From Bugula neritina (Eukaryota > Animalia > Bryozoa), in NCBI GenBank assembly GCA_964035545.1, contig CAXIUT010000132.1:1-20624 (forward strand): 20,624 nt of DNA, read 5' to 3'. Made by a program: the position numbers and the translations under genes. The first letter of the stretch is position 1. Every line of letters begins with the position of its first letter. Shown here piece by piece: positions 1-13,114 of the stretch. The notes under the pieces are model-generated. The model was not told the DNA's origin. It did no database searches and worked only from the letters and a program-made list of their open reading frames with translations.

Positions 1-93
1 CCCAACCCCAACCCCAACCCCAACCCCAACCCCAACCCCAACCCCAACCCCAACCCCAACCCCAACCCCAACCCCAACCCCAACCCCAACCCC
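1..93 (+). repeat. Left telomere, CCC(AACCCC)15, 93 nt
   Basis: Perfect C4A2 repeat at the window start, beginning CCCAA. This is the Tetrahymena-type telomere repeat. Confidence 0.97.
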
Positions 94-425
94 TATCCAT
101 ATATTTTAGATAGAAAATCAATAATAACATAAATAACATTTTCTATATAAATAAAAATAATTATAAAAAGATGAATATTGAATCATTTAATCATTGTTTC
201 ATACTTTTAATGTTCTCCTCTTTATAATAACGTCCAACCTGAAAAATATATTATATAAACAAAGCTTGCCAACTAAATCATATCACTAAAGCTATAAAAC
301 AGAACCTTTATATCAATCATACATTATTTTCATTCTCAACAAAATTAATTAACTGAAGGAGTTGTATTTAACGCCTGATTCTTCTCCCTTTTTATTTGAA
401 ATAATTTATCAACTCATATAATAAA

Positions 426-3400
426 ATGAATCTCAATTTGCTCCTTGCTTTTGTCTTGCTTTTGACTCTAAGTCAAAGTTCCCTCACTATCATACATGTC
501 TCAAGTTAACCCAATGCTATTGTCAGGCCTGTCTACTCTAGCTTAAGAGGTGGAAAAATGATCTATATCAAAGTTTTAGGTCATAACCCAGACCCAACCA
601 AAAATAGAGTGTTTACAGGATCTCTGCCCTGCATCATTCCAGCCGATGGAGTCACTGATACCTTTATTTCCTGTGAAACAAGTGACACAGAATCAACGAT
701 CGGCATTTATAATCAAAGAGTTACCTTGATCAGCAATGGAATCTCAGTTGAATCTGTCTCTCCAAACTATGTGCATTTCAGACCAAATGAAACTCCTCAA
801 CTTAGAGCCATCTTTCCAACTGCAGGTTTTGCTGGATCGACTGTCAACTATTATGGATCACACTAAATATCAAATTTAGGTGATGGACTCAGAGACATGG
901 GAGATATTGAAAAGCTAAAAATTGGAGAAGATCTTTGCAGTAGATTTGATATCTAGCAAGAAGAAATCAATCCAAATGGGCAAGAATACATAAGATGCAT
1001 TGAATCTTCAACCCAGTAAGCAGGAAAATACAACGTTACTGAACATGTTAAAGTCGGATATGCCAACCACAATGCTCTCATGCGAAGGACTTCTTTCGAT
1101 CCAAACTAACACTATTAATATACAGTTCTACCTACTATCTAGTCAGTCAGTCCCTCTTCAGGAAACATCGGAGGACAAATTTTGACAATCACAGGGACAG
1201 GTTTCTCCAAAAATATGAAAAACAACTCAGTTGAAGTTGATGGAAATGAATGCTAAGTAACAGCAGCAGACCAAAACTAAATCAAATGCACTTTATAATA
1301 AAAATAAAGTGACTCTTCTTCAAAACTACCAACTAGTTCAAACAACCAAACCAATGGATACTTTGGAGGAGCGGGACTTAGATATACTAGATATACTAAA
1401 AATAGTTATATTGATACAATAGATGAGTTTGTTAACGTATTCAGGTCAGGAAATTAAACTTTATTGGGCGAGCCAGTAGAACAAGCTATTAGAACTGATA
1501 TCAGATAACCTGATATTCATGGGAGTCACTACTGCCAAACCTGGAATGGATATTTTACACCTCCTAAAACAGCTAATTATACTTTTAGAGGTATTTCTGA
1601 TGATAGATTTGCAGTCTATCTCTCTCCAGAGTATGGATCAACCTAGCCAGCCAACTCAACTCTAATCTATCACAATAGCTGGAATCATATTTTTGATTTC
1701 TGGGAGAAAGATATCCCAACTGCATAAGCAACTATAGAACTAAGAAAAGATAAAAGCTATTACATTTAAGCATATCATATTGATTATTCAGGAGCTGGAC
1801 ATTTCAGTCTTTAAATGTAAGTACCTAATACTGATAATACTACTTTCCTACAAGCCTATCAAGTAGACAAGATATAAACCAACAGTACTGTCCAAGACTA
1901 AATCATGGTTTATACTTTTATTGGAGGATCAACTGGAATAGTCGAACTTGGCATCTTGAGAACAAACTCGAATTTCCAAGTTACTTACGATAAAAAGGTT
2001 AATGTGACATATGGAGCATCAGATAGTTCTTTTAGAAGTTCACTAAGATCATTTGACAGCTTTAGAAACTACTAAATAACAGTTGTGAGAAATATCTATG
2101 ACAGCCAAAACAACATACAGAACTAAATAGCTAACGCGTCCAAAATAGAGTATATTGTCAATATCTACAAGTTAAGATCAGAATAATTCCAAAGCTAAAG
2201 ATTTAGAGTCCAATATTACAACGGATATGATGGCAGCTTCACGCAAACTCAAAGCCAAACTCACTCTCCACTCCTCTCAGGAACATGGACTCTCTCAATT
2301 GGAGGAGTCTCCATCAAAAACGGTGATGACCCAAATTTCTCTTATAATATCCATCAATGGTATCTACAGAATGCTATCAGAACATCAGGCATTATCGGAT
2401 TCTAAAATGTATAAGTATAAAAAACTACTACTTATGGTTGCGGATATGCTTGCACTTGGATAATTCTGTTCAAAACATTCAACAAAGAAGTTCCAAGTAT
2501 TGTTGTTAACAGTGCTGGGTTAAGTGGAGGATCCTCTGCGCCATCTATTTCAGTCTACAACCGCAGACCATATTCAGCCAATCTTCTCTTCGATCCCATA
2601 GACTATCGTTTCTTGAACACTTACAGTGATAAGATCAATGTCCAAGTGAAGACCAATGGAATACCTTCAGTGTGTACAGGAAACTGCGAATACTCTTTTC
2701 ACAACTATTCAGAAATAACTTCTATGAGTATTAGTGGCAAAGTTCTTTCCCTTTCACTTAGTAGCATCTCAGAAAGTGCATCAGGCAGTCAAGTCAATCC
2801 TGCGATCCAAGCTAGCACAATAGCAGTAACTGTTCAAGGAAAGCCCTGTTAAATCACTTCAGGTAGTAGTCTTACTTCCATTACTTGTAATATGGAATCA
2901 AACAACGATGATACTCCTATTTTAGTAGCAGAATAAATCACACCTGTTGTCTTTTTATAAAACTATGGGATAATAGGACTGAATAGTTAAGTCGACCCTC
3001 TGACTGTTAACTTAGTTGCTTCATCACTATCAGTTAATTCTGGAGGAGATAATGGAGGATATCTTGTTACTTTAACTGGCTCAGGCTTTCCCTTGTAAAA
3101 AAGTGAAGTCACATTAACTATTTGTGATGCAAAAGCTACAATAACCTAAATAACCAATCAAAAAATATAGTTCTATATGCCAGCCTGTAGTACTCTAGGT
3201 TCAAAACCTATCAATCTCGTTTATGAATAAATAACTGACACATCTCTTTCTTTCACTTTCCTTAATGCTTCAGGATCAGCTCCAATCATTAGTTCCCTCT
3301 CACCTTCATCAGCCAACCCAGCCATTAAAGGCCATATGTTAATCAACGGAAACAACTTTGGAACAGATAAATCTCAAGTAAAAGTATTCCTTTCGAATAG

Positions 3401-6400
3401 CTAAGGAAAAGTCTACTAACTAGTTATCTTAAGTATGAATAATACACAAGTTAAAGTGGGATTGTCTGGTGGAATAGCAGGCACTTATTACGTCGAAGTC
3501 AATACAGTAGCCCATGGAGATTCGATTGCCTCTTCAACCAATAGCAATCGATTCAGGTACAAAACAACTATTACATCTATCAGTCCCACCAGTGGATCTT
3601 ATCATGGAGGCACTCTTCTCACCATTCAAGGAGTCAACTTCCTACCTGATACTAGTTCTACTCTGGTCTTCATCGGTTGGACTCTTAACTGGTTCTGCAC
3701 TATCTAGAGTATAACTACAACTCAGATCCTTTGCCGCACTCCTCGAATCAGTCAAGCATACTCAGTAGGATCAGAAGTAAACGTCGTTGTCTCATCTAAA
3801 TTAGTCATTCAAAACACTTGTTCAGGTAATTGTAAGTTTACATATCTCGATAGTAGTTCATCAGCTCTTTTATAGTCTATTTCTCATAGTTATATTTATA
3901 CAGGATAAGTAACTTTGACAGGAAGCAATATGGTCTCTAGCAACTTTGTCTAAGTAGTCATGAAATAAACAACTTCAGGAATTGAATATGTACTTAGTGC
4001 AGTGTCAATCAACTCAACATCTGTAGCCTTTAATGTTACAGATAATGTTATTTCAGGATAGTATTAAGTTAGAGTCAGAAATGCTGCTGGACAAAGTAAC
4101 TCACTCAATCTGGATGTAAGATGGACAACAGGAGGAAATAGTTGGAGCAGTTTTGGATCCTTATAAGGAGGAATAATCACCTTTTAAGGAGGATCAGGCT
4201 ATCCTACAGTTATCGATGGAACCATGTTCAGCATCACTATCACTTCAGATGGAATTCAATATCCACTTAAAAAAGTTAGTTGTTGTTAAAATAATAAAAT
4301 ATCTCTATAAATACCTCCATCAACCGAACAAAGAACAATTAGTGTCAAATTCAAAGGTCCTAAAAATACATAAACCAGAAACATTCGCTCTCGAACGAAC
4401 AAGACACCAATTGGTGCTCTTTCATCTAACTAAACAATCAGTGTGGGTTCAAACTCTATGAATATAACTTTTGCTGCTAATGCTCGTCCACTGGATTCAA
4501 TAACCTTTGTCTCTACTTTCGACTAATCTCACTCTATTGTAGTTACTAATAACTCTTGGGTGTAACTTACTTCGTCGATCTACTAGTTCAGTATTACTCT
4601 TTACTCAGGAACTTACATAGTTAAAGCAAACACTATCATAGATGGATACGTTCAGCTAACCAACCCAACAGTAGTAGTTCCACTTCCTACAAGTGTAGTC
4701 GCTAATCAACAAACTATGTCCTTCAATGGAGGTTTCTTCACTATCACAGCTGACTATCTCTCACCAGTCAGCTATATTACTGTAAATGGATTCAAAGGAA
4801 CCATTTCGAGCAGATCAGATTCAGCAGTGACTTATAACTTACCAAAGATGGTCGCAAGCAACACACAATCAACTTTTGACCTTGAAGAAGTCAAAATGTT
4901 AGAGAATAAACTGTTTTCATATTTCAGTTAAGTAAATGATACAAGTAATGTCAGTTCAACTTTCGATGGAGATATTGAATCTTACTATGGAACTAACAGT
5001 ACAGACTGTTGGATAGGAATCGATGTAGGATAGAGTCTATCAGTATCTGTGAATAGAATCAGATACTTTCCCAATGTCGATTGGTAAAATGTAGCAAAAA
5101 AAATACTTTTTTCAACTTTTGAAGGATCGAATGATAAAAACACATGGACTCGACTAGCACTGATCGACCAAACTGTTCACTCAGGTTGGAATGTCATCAA
5201 AAGTGATACATCAACTGCTTATAGATACATCAGGTTCAAGCACAACGGAACCTCACAGTGCAACATTGCTGAAATACAACTCTATGGTATCCTTTACAGC
5301 ACAGTCGTACCTACTCTTGCTTCTCAACTAGCTGATGTGATCTACTATGATGGACAAACTCCTCAGACTTTCAGCAATAAAGTTGAATACAGACAAGACG
5401 CAACTGCTACAGTCGACTCTATCAGTCCTAGATATGGAGATATTGCTGGAGGATAAACTCTTACACTCACTGGAACTAACCTTGGAGGAACTGGACCTGT
5501 AGTTACTATTGATGGCATTGACTGTCCAGTTACTTCTTCAACTGCTACTACCATTGTCTGTACTACTGGAGCAAGACCAGTTACTCCTACTGTTGACAAC
5601 ACTTTTGAAGTCATGATTGGATCAAGTAAAGTTATCTTGAGAGAAACTTTCCTCTATGTTTTGAAGTGGAGTAGTGCTAGTACTTGGGGAGTTGACCCTC
5701 CACCAGTTGCAAATGACCTAGTTTACATTCCAAAAGGAACAACCTTACTTGTTGATCAAGATACTCCAATACTACAAGGAATCACAGCTGAAGGAGGGAC
5801 GCTAGTATTCTCAGATGATTTAGATCTAACTGTCCAAGCTGGCTTTATCACTATGAATGGAGGAAAGTTCATCGCAGGAACAGAAAAACATCCTCATACA
5901 AGCAAGTTGACCTTCATCATGCATGGAGGATACTATGGTAGACAGCAACCTATGTTCGGAAACAAAGGCATTGGCTGTTTGAACTGTAAATTTTATATGC
6001 ATGGAGTAGAAAGAACACCAACTTGGACCAGTTTAGCAGCTACTGTTAATGAGAATGATACTACTTTGACAGTGCTTGACTCAATTGATTGGAAAGTTGG
6101 TGAATAGATAGTAGTAGCATCAACGAGTTTTGTTCCTTCAGAAGCATAATCTAGAACGATAACAGCTATTTCTGGTAAAACTCTAACAGTAGATAAGCCT
6201 TTTGTCTTTAAACACGTATCACTGATATAAAGCTATGGAGACAAAACACTGACTATGCAAGCAGAAGTTGGTCTTCTTTCCAGAAATATCAAAATGATGG
6301 GAGATAGTGACTCATAGGTAAAACAGTATGGCTCTCATCTCATGTTGACAGGACAGTAAGTATATGGCTTTGAAGGACATCTGGCCTACAGTTAGTTCAT

Positions 6401-9400
6401 GCATTGCGGACAACCTCAAATTCCAGGGAGATATTGCATGCACTTCCACATGGCTGGTGATGTTCCCAATTCCTTTGCTAGAGGTAATGCAGTCCATCGA
6501 TCCTTTGCCAGAGTCATCACTATCCATGGTGTTCATCATCTCCTTGTCTAGAAGAATGTAGGATATCATGTCAGAGGTCACAACTTCTTCGTCTAAGATG
6601 GCATAGAAACTAACAATATCATCAGAGACAACTTAGCTGTCTTCTCTATTGCAGCCACTAACATGCTACAGACTGACATGTCAGTTGCTTCTTTCTGGAT
6701 AACAAACCCAACAAACGATGTCACAGGCAACCATGCAGCAGGCAGTCAGTTCTATGGTCTTTGGTATGAAATAAAACCCAACCCAGATGGACCATCGGCC
6801 ACTATGGATGTCTGTCCTATTGGAAATCCTCTTGGCACTGTTTAAAATAACGTAGCCCATTCTAACACTCGTTTTGGACTGAGAATCTTCAAGTTGTTCT
6901 CAAGAAATTATCCATGTGATGACATTCGTGATGACTCTAATGCCAATGATCCTTGGGCAGACAACCCATCAACTCAGTCAGTTTTTTCCAACTTCATAAT
7001 ATATAAAAATCTTTAAGATGGAGTTTTAGCCTAAGAAACAGGCAATGTAGTCTTTGATAATTTTGTAATAGCAGAGAACTATAATTCTGGTATTGAATTT
7101 TACTAGGCTAATTACACTAAATAACCTCCGGTAATACGAAATAGCACAATAATAGGAATGTCTGTTGGCAATGTACATGAAAATACAACTAACTACACAA
7201 GTGGAATGTCAGCTGCCATTACAGGCAAGACTGGAGTCTTCAAACTATCAGATCTAAAGTTCCATAACTATCCTCCTGGTAGCATCCTCTTCCAGACCTG
7301 TAGATTCTGTGACGACCCTCTTAAGTATACGAATACTGGCACATAAGTACTGCTAGATCAGTTAACTTTTACAAATGTTACTGGGAAGATGTTACTTATG
7401 TTAGGTCAAAAAAGAGATGTCATATATGACTTAGATGGATCACTTGGGTAACTCTTTGATGGTAGCACTACAAGGACATCAGCTACTATTGTTCATGGCT
7501 GGCCTCATCTCAAAGTCTACAACTAAAATAGCACTTGTCCATCAGCTCAAAACTCAACCAACTGGGATAACGCCTTAATGTGCGATCAAACAGTCACTAT
7601 CAGAAGAGTAATGTTCACCAATCTCAGAAACCATCAGCTGTTTAACGCACAATCCATGAAAGCAGCAGAAATACCATCAATCACCAACACGGTTGAATCA
7701 AATCTCAGCGAATAGCTCTACACATCAATCATGTCAAGGATCACTGTAACAAAATAACCCAAAGAGTAAAAGCCATTTACCTATGCTCTTCCCTTCATCA
7801 CAGGCAAAACCTATAGCATTTGGTGGGGAACAGGCATTGACTTCGAACATCTATCTCTCTACACTTCACCAACCTTCAACTCAAATGATAAAGGCATCAT
7901 CTTCAAGTTCAACTACACCAACAACAGAGAACTCTTCTAGGTTGGACCCATGAGAGGAGGGTATAAAGAACTTACCAGCCCAGATCTAATCGCATAGTCT
8001 TAAGGATTTCTTGACTCTAACACCTGCATCAATGGAGACTACTATCATGACAACATCGATGGACCAGATAGAATGCTATCTATCTGTCAGTCTGGTAAAA
8101 ATAGAACTATGTTTGAATATACCTAAATACTAGCAGTGGTTTGCAGATATGCCTGTCCATAACCTCCAGGTTAATTCGTCAAAGAAACTTTCATCAGAAA
8201 ATGGAGCAATGCTTCTCAATGGCCTGATGGAGTGCTTCCTCAAGATGGAGATAACGTCACTCTGAATGGAAACTGGACTGTTCTTCTTGACGTAGATCCA
8301 GCTGCTCTCAACTACTTCATCATTGATGGAGATCTCATTGCAGACGATACAAGAGACATCAAGATAACAGCTAACTCTATCCACATCAGAGCTGGTAATG
8401 TAACAGCTGGCAGCGAGTAGTATCCCTTCTAGCACAATTTCGTCATCCAACTCAACGGCAATAAACAAGACAACGGTTTCTATATTGATCCTATCATTGC
8501 TGCCAATAAGTTTATGGTTATTACTGGCTCTCTCAACTTATATGGAAACGACCCTTATACGATTTTCACATGTTTATCACAGACAGCAATGGCAGGTTCT
8601 TCTCTGATCTATGTCGATAACAAAGCCAATTGGAATGCAGGTGATACTATCGTACTTTCACCCTCTTTCTCAACCTACAATCAGTACTAAAAGAAGATAA
8701 TATCTACTATCAACTCCAATGGATCAATCTCACTTACCACTCCACTCTAATATACTCACTATGGATCTAGTTCTCTTACTATCAACAATCAATTCGGATC
8801 AATCGATACAAGGACAAGAGTAGGTCATGTTAGCAGAAACATAAAGATAATAGCAGGTTCTGATGCTGATTGGGGATTCACTATCATAGTCTACGGTTAC
8901 AATGATGGCAACTGGACAAGAATCGGAAGCACTCAGCTACGAGGAGTACAGATCGAAGACGGAGGACAACTAGACACTCTGAACTCTCCGCTAGTCTTCA
9001 TCAATTCTCAAAATGGAAACTTTTCATCAACAGTTTCGTAGACTTCCTTCATTAACTGCAAAGCCAACTGCATCTACATCACCAACTCTCAAAACGTAAC
9101 TCTCAAAAACAACATCCTCTACAATGCATGGGTATTCGGGATACAGATGACCACCATTCAAGCAGTCACCTTCGACAACAACCTCATCATTGGAGTCTAA
9201 GGCAAGCCGACTATTGCAGAAGGAGCAGAACTTGTTGCCTGCGTCTATGTGGCATAGTACATCAGTCAAGCAGCAATGGTTTCTGTCAAAAACAACTACT
9301 GTATCGGGTCTTCACAACATGGCTTCGCCCTTCCTTTTCTCAAGTGCGACTAAACTTAGAATAACCCTATGGCTATGAACACAGTTGGGTCAGCCAAAAT

Positions 9401-11324
9401 AGGTTTTATTCTCAATACCAACGGACAACAGTGCCAAGCCTTCTCATATGCCAAAGCCTATGCATGCCAAATAGGACAAATATGTGGACCACCTGGCATA
9501 ACCACACTAAAGCTCACTAAATTTGTCATGGCTGATTGCGGAAGAGCAATAACTCTTAAAATAGGATCAGCAGAAGGAAACTCCAACCATTCCGCCTACC
9601 TCTCCAACTCTTATATCACAGCCGTATCCAGACCGACTTGTGCCTAGTGCTACGGTTCTTCAGCTACTGACTGTTCTAATAACCAAGGAATGAGAATGTT
9701 TACAGCTTCTGCAAATGGATAAACTCTTCCAAGTAAATTTGGTGCAGGTTTTGATGTTATTTGTAAAGCTCCTGTCTACGATAGCAAATCATTCCTTGAA
9801 AACGTAGTTTTTGACCATTTCCAGCAGACATATTCAGGTCTAATTAATTCATCTTGTATGAATAACTTTGCTTTCAAGCCTCATAGTGGAGCCTTTGATA
9901 TGGTAGGTGGAGTTAACCTCAAAAGTTCAAACTGTACTAACTGTGACTCAGATAGCTATCTACTTGCTCCAGCTCCTAATCCTGCCTTTTTAGGTTGGTT
10001 CGGAGGATGTGGAGACATCTTGTGCACAGGATTCCAGAACTATCTCATCCAAGATCAAACTGGCAACTTCTTTGGTTTCAAAGGCACTATCATTCCCAAC
10101 AACAGCGTCATCGGATCTAACTAAGGCTGCACTGCTTCTCCAGTAATGAATGCCTACATGTGTCCTAACAGGACAGACTTTGTTGCTTTATAGTATGAAA
10201 GCAAAGCTCATGACTTCAACACGAGAATAATGTGGCCAGTAGATCTAACAGCAGACGGCTACAACTACACCACAGTCACTAATGCATGGAGAGAGTGGTA
10301 GTGGCTAAGTAACTAGCCTCTCAACAAAAGACTTGGTCGTTTTGTGTCGATAGTTGCCTTAAATAGAACGTACAATATGACTTATACTGCCATGCCGCCT
10401 TAAAAACTAAACCTCCAAATCCAAAAAAGAACTCCTTAGGGAGATAACAGCAACTACGTCATAGTTAGACTTCACTATCCCAAACCAAATTCGATTCGAG
10501 TCAAGAAAAACAGAGTCATCGTTGATCCCATCCTAGTAACCGACAGCAACTCTGAAGCTCCGAAATAGATAAACACTTAGTAATGCGGCAGTAATAAATA
10601 TTTCTATGACAACTACACCACCAAAGTAGTCATCACTGAAGCCAAAGATTGTCTAGTAACTATCTACCTTGAATAGACTATCCAACTCACCACACACTTC
10701 TCTATGAACATCGATTAGTTCTTCACAGGCGACAAACAAACCAACTACATCGATAGACTAGCTGCTCTTCTAGGCATTCAAGATACCTCTAGAGTTAAGA
10801 TAGTAGGAGTCTATAACGGATCCACCACAGTCGTCTCCCATGTCTTCCCATCTTAAAATATCACATAAAAACCACTGACAACTCTTAAAGAGGATCTCTA
10901 AGATAAAATATCAAGTGGATAGTTCACCTCTTCAATGGCAGGCAATGGCCTGGGAGACGTTCTTAGTGTTTAATCTGCTTACTATTCTACTTAAGAGACT
11001 AACACGAACGATGAAGATGAGGGATTGAGTATAATAGTGATAATTGGTATTTCTGTTGGTGTAATAGTGGCTATAATAGTCGTGATAACAGTTTTGTGCA
11101 TTATGAGAAGAAAGAATATCCAGACAAGAACTGGAAATCCTGATTTCTAAATGGGTGAATCAGTAAAAGTAATGAACGATAAAGAATTGTAGAAAGAGGC
11201 GAATAAATCATCCAAAAATGCAAGAACATAGGTATTGACAGCTGGAAAAGACCATTCAATGCTAAAATAAAATTTACCTGTCGATTCAGGAAAAGGATTC
11301 AAAAAAACTGACTTCTTTGAATGA
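426..11324 (+). CDS. Fibrocystin-L (PKHD1L1)-like giant type I membrane protein, ~3632 aa: signal peptide, IPT/TIG repeats, PA14, F5/8C-like domain, two G8 domains, beta-helix (PbH1) regions, one TM helix, short tail
   Basis: With TAR=Glu one frame runs from ATG 426 to TGA 11322-11324. Track ORFs at 558, 2613, 3435, 4716, 5613, 6663, 7158, 8232, 9369 and 9858 all share this frame. Motifs: signal MNLNLLLAFVLLLTLSQS; TIG PTIESVSPSSGNIGGQILTITGTGFS (~1131); PA14 WNGYFTPPKTANYTFRGISDD...YYIE (~1540-1770); discoidin-like FEGSND..W..AYRYIRF..CNIAEIQLYG (~5115-5290); G8 KWSSASTWG (~5665) and KWSNASQWP (~8200); GRYCMHFH/FFVEDGIE (~6430-6610); TM GLSIIVIIGISVGVIVAIIVVITVLCIM-RRK (~11022-11114). Not every codon was checked by hand for an in-frame TGA. 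Confidence 0.92.
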
Positions 11325-11395
11325 TCACATCAAAAACATATATATTAAAGAATTTATATTTAAGACTTTGAATTAAAGTATTAATTTTGTTATTG

Positions 11396-12176
11396 ATGGA
11401 ATCAACTAGTTCAACCTTCTTAACCTTTAAACCAAGAAATTATCTCCACAACAAATAAACCTTTCAAGAATATAAGTGCGTTAATTGTCATTAACTGGTT
11501 CCTCAAAGCAGAAGATGCAGAAGTTGCCAGAAGCCATATTGCCTAAAATGTCTCAGTTTTATTTATTGCTATGAAAATAAGTGCAAATCCAATAATTGTC
11601 CAACTCCTTTCCGCACAGAAGAGATCCATTAGTTCATCATGAAATATCACTGTCCATATGATAAATCCAATTGTAAAGAACTTTTAAGTTCCTAATAATA
11701 ATTTCAAAAACACTGTAAGTAATGTATTAACAAAACTAAAGAAGCATAGGACGAGATAAAGCTTAGCTAATAGTTCAGATGTCAATCAGGACACCTGCTA
11801 TCAAATTTAACACCTAAAATGATAGACAGTCTGTTCGGAATATACCCTTTCAGCTATTTTTAAAATATCTGTGCCAATTGTAAATACTATGGATTCTGTC
11901 GAGTGATCTGTCTGTTCTGTAAAACTAAAAAAAAAAGATAAAATGTACTGTTTCTAGTGTAGAAAACTCCCATTAGATAAAAATAAATGTTCCCTTCATC
12001 ATAATTTTATAGAAATTGACTGTTCGAACTCATATCGTATCTTTTGTGATCTATGTGGACATTCAGGAGCGCTATTAAGTGATATAGGCTATCAAGATTA
12101 AAAATGTGATATATTTATATGTGAATCATGTCATCAGAATCTTCCTTAAGGATAAATCATATCAAAATAAAAATGA
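11396..12176 (+). CDS. Cys/His-rich zinc-finger protein, copy A (~259 aa): degenerate RING, TRAF/Sina-like finger, two CxxxH...CxxC clusters; one apparent +1 frameshift in the A10 run at 11927-11936
   Basis: MESTSSTFLTFKPRNYLHNKE...CVNC-x9-CRSC-x4-CLKC...YHCPYDKSNC...QKHCKEC...CQSGH...CDLC...CESC. It aligns codon for codon with copy B once one A is removed, and ends at TGA 12174-12176. Confidence 0.8.
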
Positions 12177-12252
12177 TTATTAGTCAATAGATTTAAATTT
12201 AAATATTTTTTATCTATTAATCTTATCTAATACTTATTTGAATACAGTTGAT

Positions 12253-12327
12253 GGGGTTGGGGTTGGGGTTGGGGTTGGGGTTGGGGTTGGGGTTGGGGTT
12301 GGGGTTGGGGTTGGGGTTGGGGTTGGG
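12253..12327 (+). repeat. Internal G-strand telomeric tract (GGGGTT)12GGG, 75 nt
   Basis: Perfect repeat in right-end orientation, 76 nt after the stop of copy A, joined directly to mid-CDS of copy B. Confidence 0.97.
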
Positions 12328-12328
12328 A

Positions 12329-13063
12329 AATTTCATCCATAACAAATAAAATCTAAAAGAATACGAATGCACTGTCTGTCTAGAATTAAGCCCTCACATT
12401 AAAAGATGCAAAGGGTCCTGTCAAAAGCCTTATTGCCTAAAATGCATAAGTCGCATCAAATATAACAAAGATATGTGTCCTTGTAAATGTTCTTCTCCCT
12501 TCCTCACAGAAGATATCTCATAGCTTGTTATCAAATATCATTGTCCCTTTAATCCTGTCAACTGCTTAGACCTTTTCAACTCATCAATATAGTTCTTTTA
12601 GCATTGCAAATAATGTTTTTATCAAACCAGTTCAGGAATACATGAAATTAAATTAAGAGAGGAGTTCAGATGTCGAGGAGGACATCAGTTATAAATTTTG
12701 TCACCTGAAATGATGAAAAAACTTTACAATGATAGTAAATTTTACAGTACAGTCATGAACGATGTTTGCATCTGTTGTAAAAATCGAGGACTAAGTAGAG
12801 TCATCTGTCTTCAATGTTCGGCTTCAGGATAAAAAAATATGTATTGTTTCTAGTGCAGACCTCTCAAATTAAATAAAAAGAAATGTCCTCAAGGTCATAA
12901 TTACAATAAACTATAACTTTACAAATTCTATGGCTACGTCTGTGATCTCTGTGGAAATTCAGGAGTTTGTTTTAGCGATATAGGTTATGGATAGCTAACA
13001 TGTGATTTATTTATTTGCTAGCCATGCTACAGCACCCTTCCTGAAGACTAATAAACAAAATGA
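12329..13063 (+). CDS. Cys/His-rich zinc-finger protein, copy B, 5'-truncated by the telomeric tract (lacks ~14 N-terminal codons relative to copy A)
   Basis: Open from NFIHNKENLKEYECTVC (copy A: NYLHNKETFQEYKCVNC) to LPEDEETK-TGA at 13061-13063, with no ATG before the tract. Confidence 0.85.
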
Positions 13064-13114
13064 TGTTTAAAATGATTTATCTTTGATATATTATTAATAT
13101 TTGATAATTTATAA

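Noticed and set aside
94-425. Possible ncRNA or hairpin in the left subtelomeric region (~355-392)
   Set aside because: Only weak, short complementarity, with no tRNA, snRNA or snoRNA hallmarks recognisable by eye.
558-10124. Many short ORFs in the track read as separate genes or a decayed pseudogene
   Set aside because: The in-frame ones are pieces of one gene split at TAA/TAG (Glu). The others (e.g. 1000, 2227, 3514, 4216, 5363-, 6312-, 8130-, 9027-, 9128, 9190) are off-frame or antisense shadows.
11927-11941. Euplotes-type programmed +1 frameshift (AAA-TAR)
   Set aside because: The in-frame codons are AAA AAA AAA AGA TAA rather than AAA-TAA, and TAA is a sense codon here.
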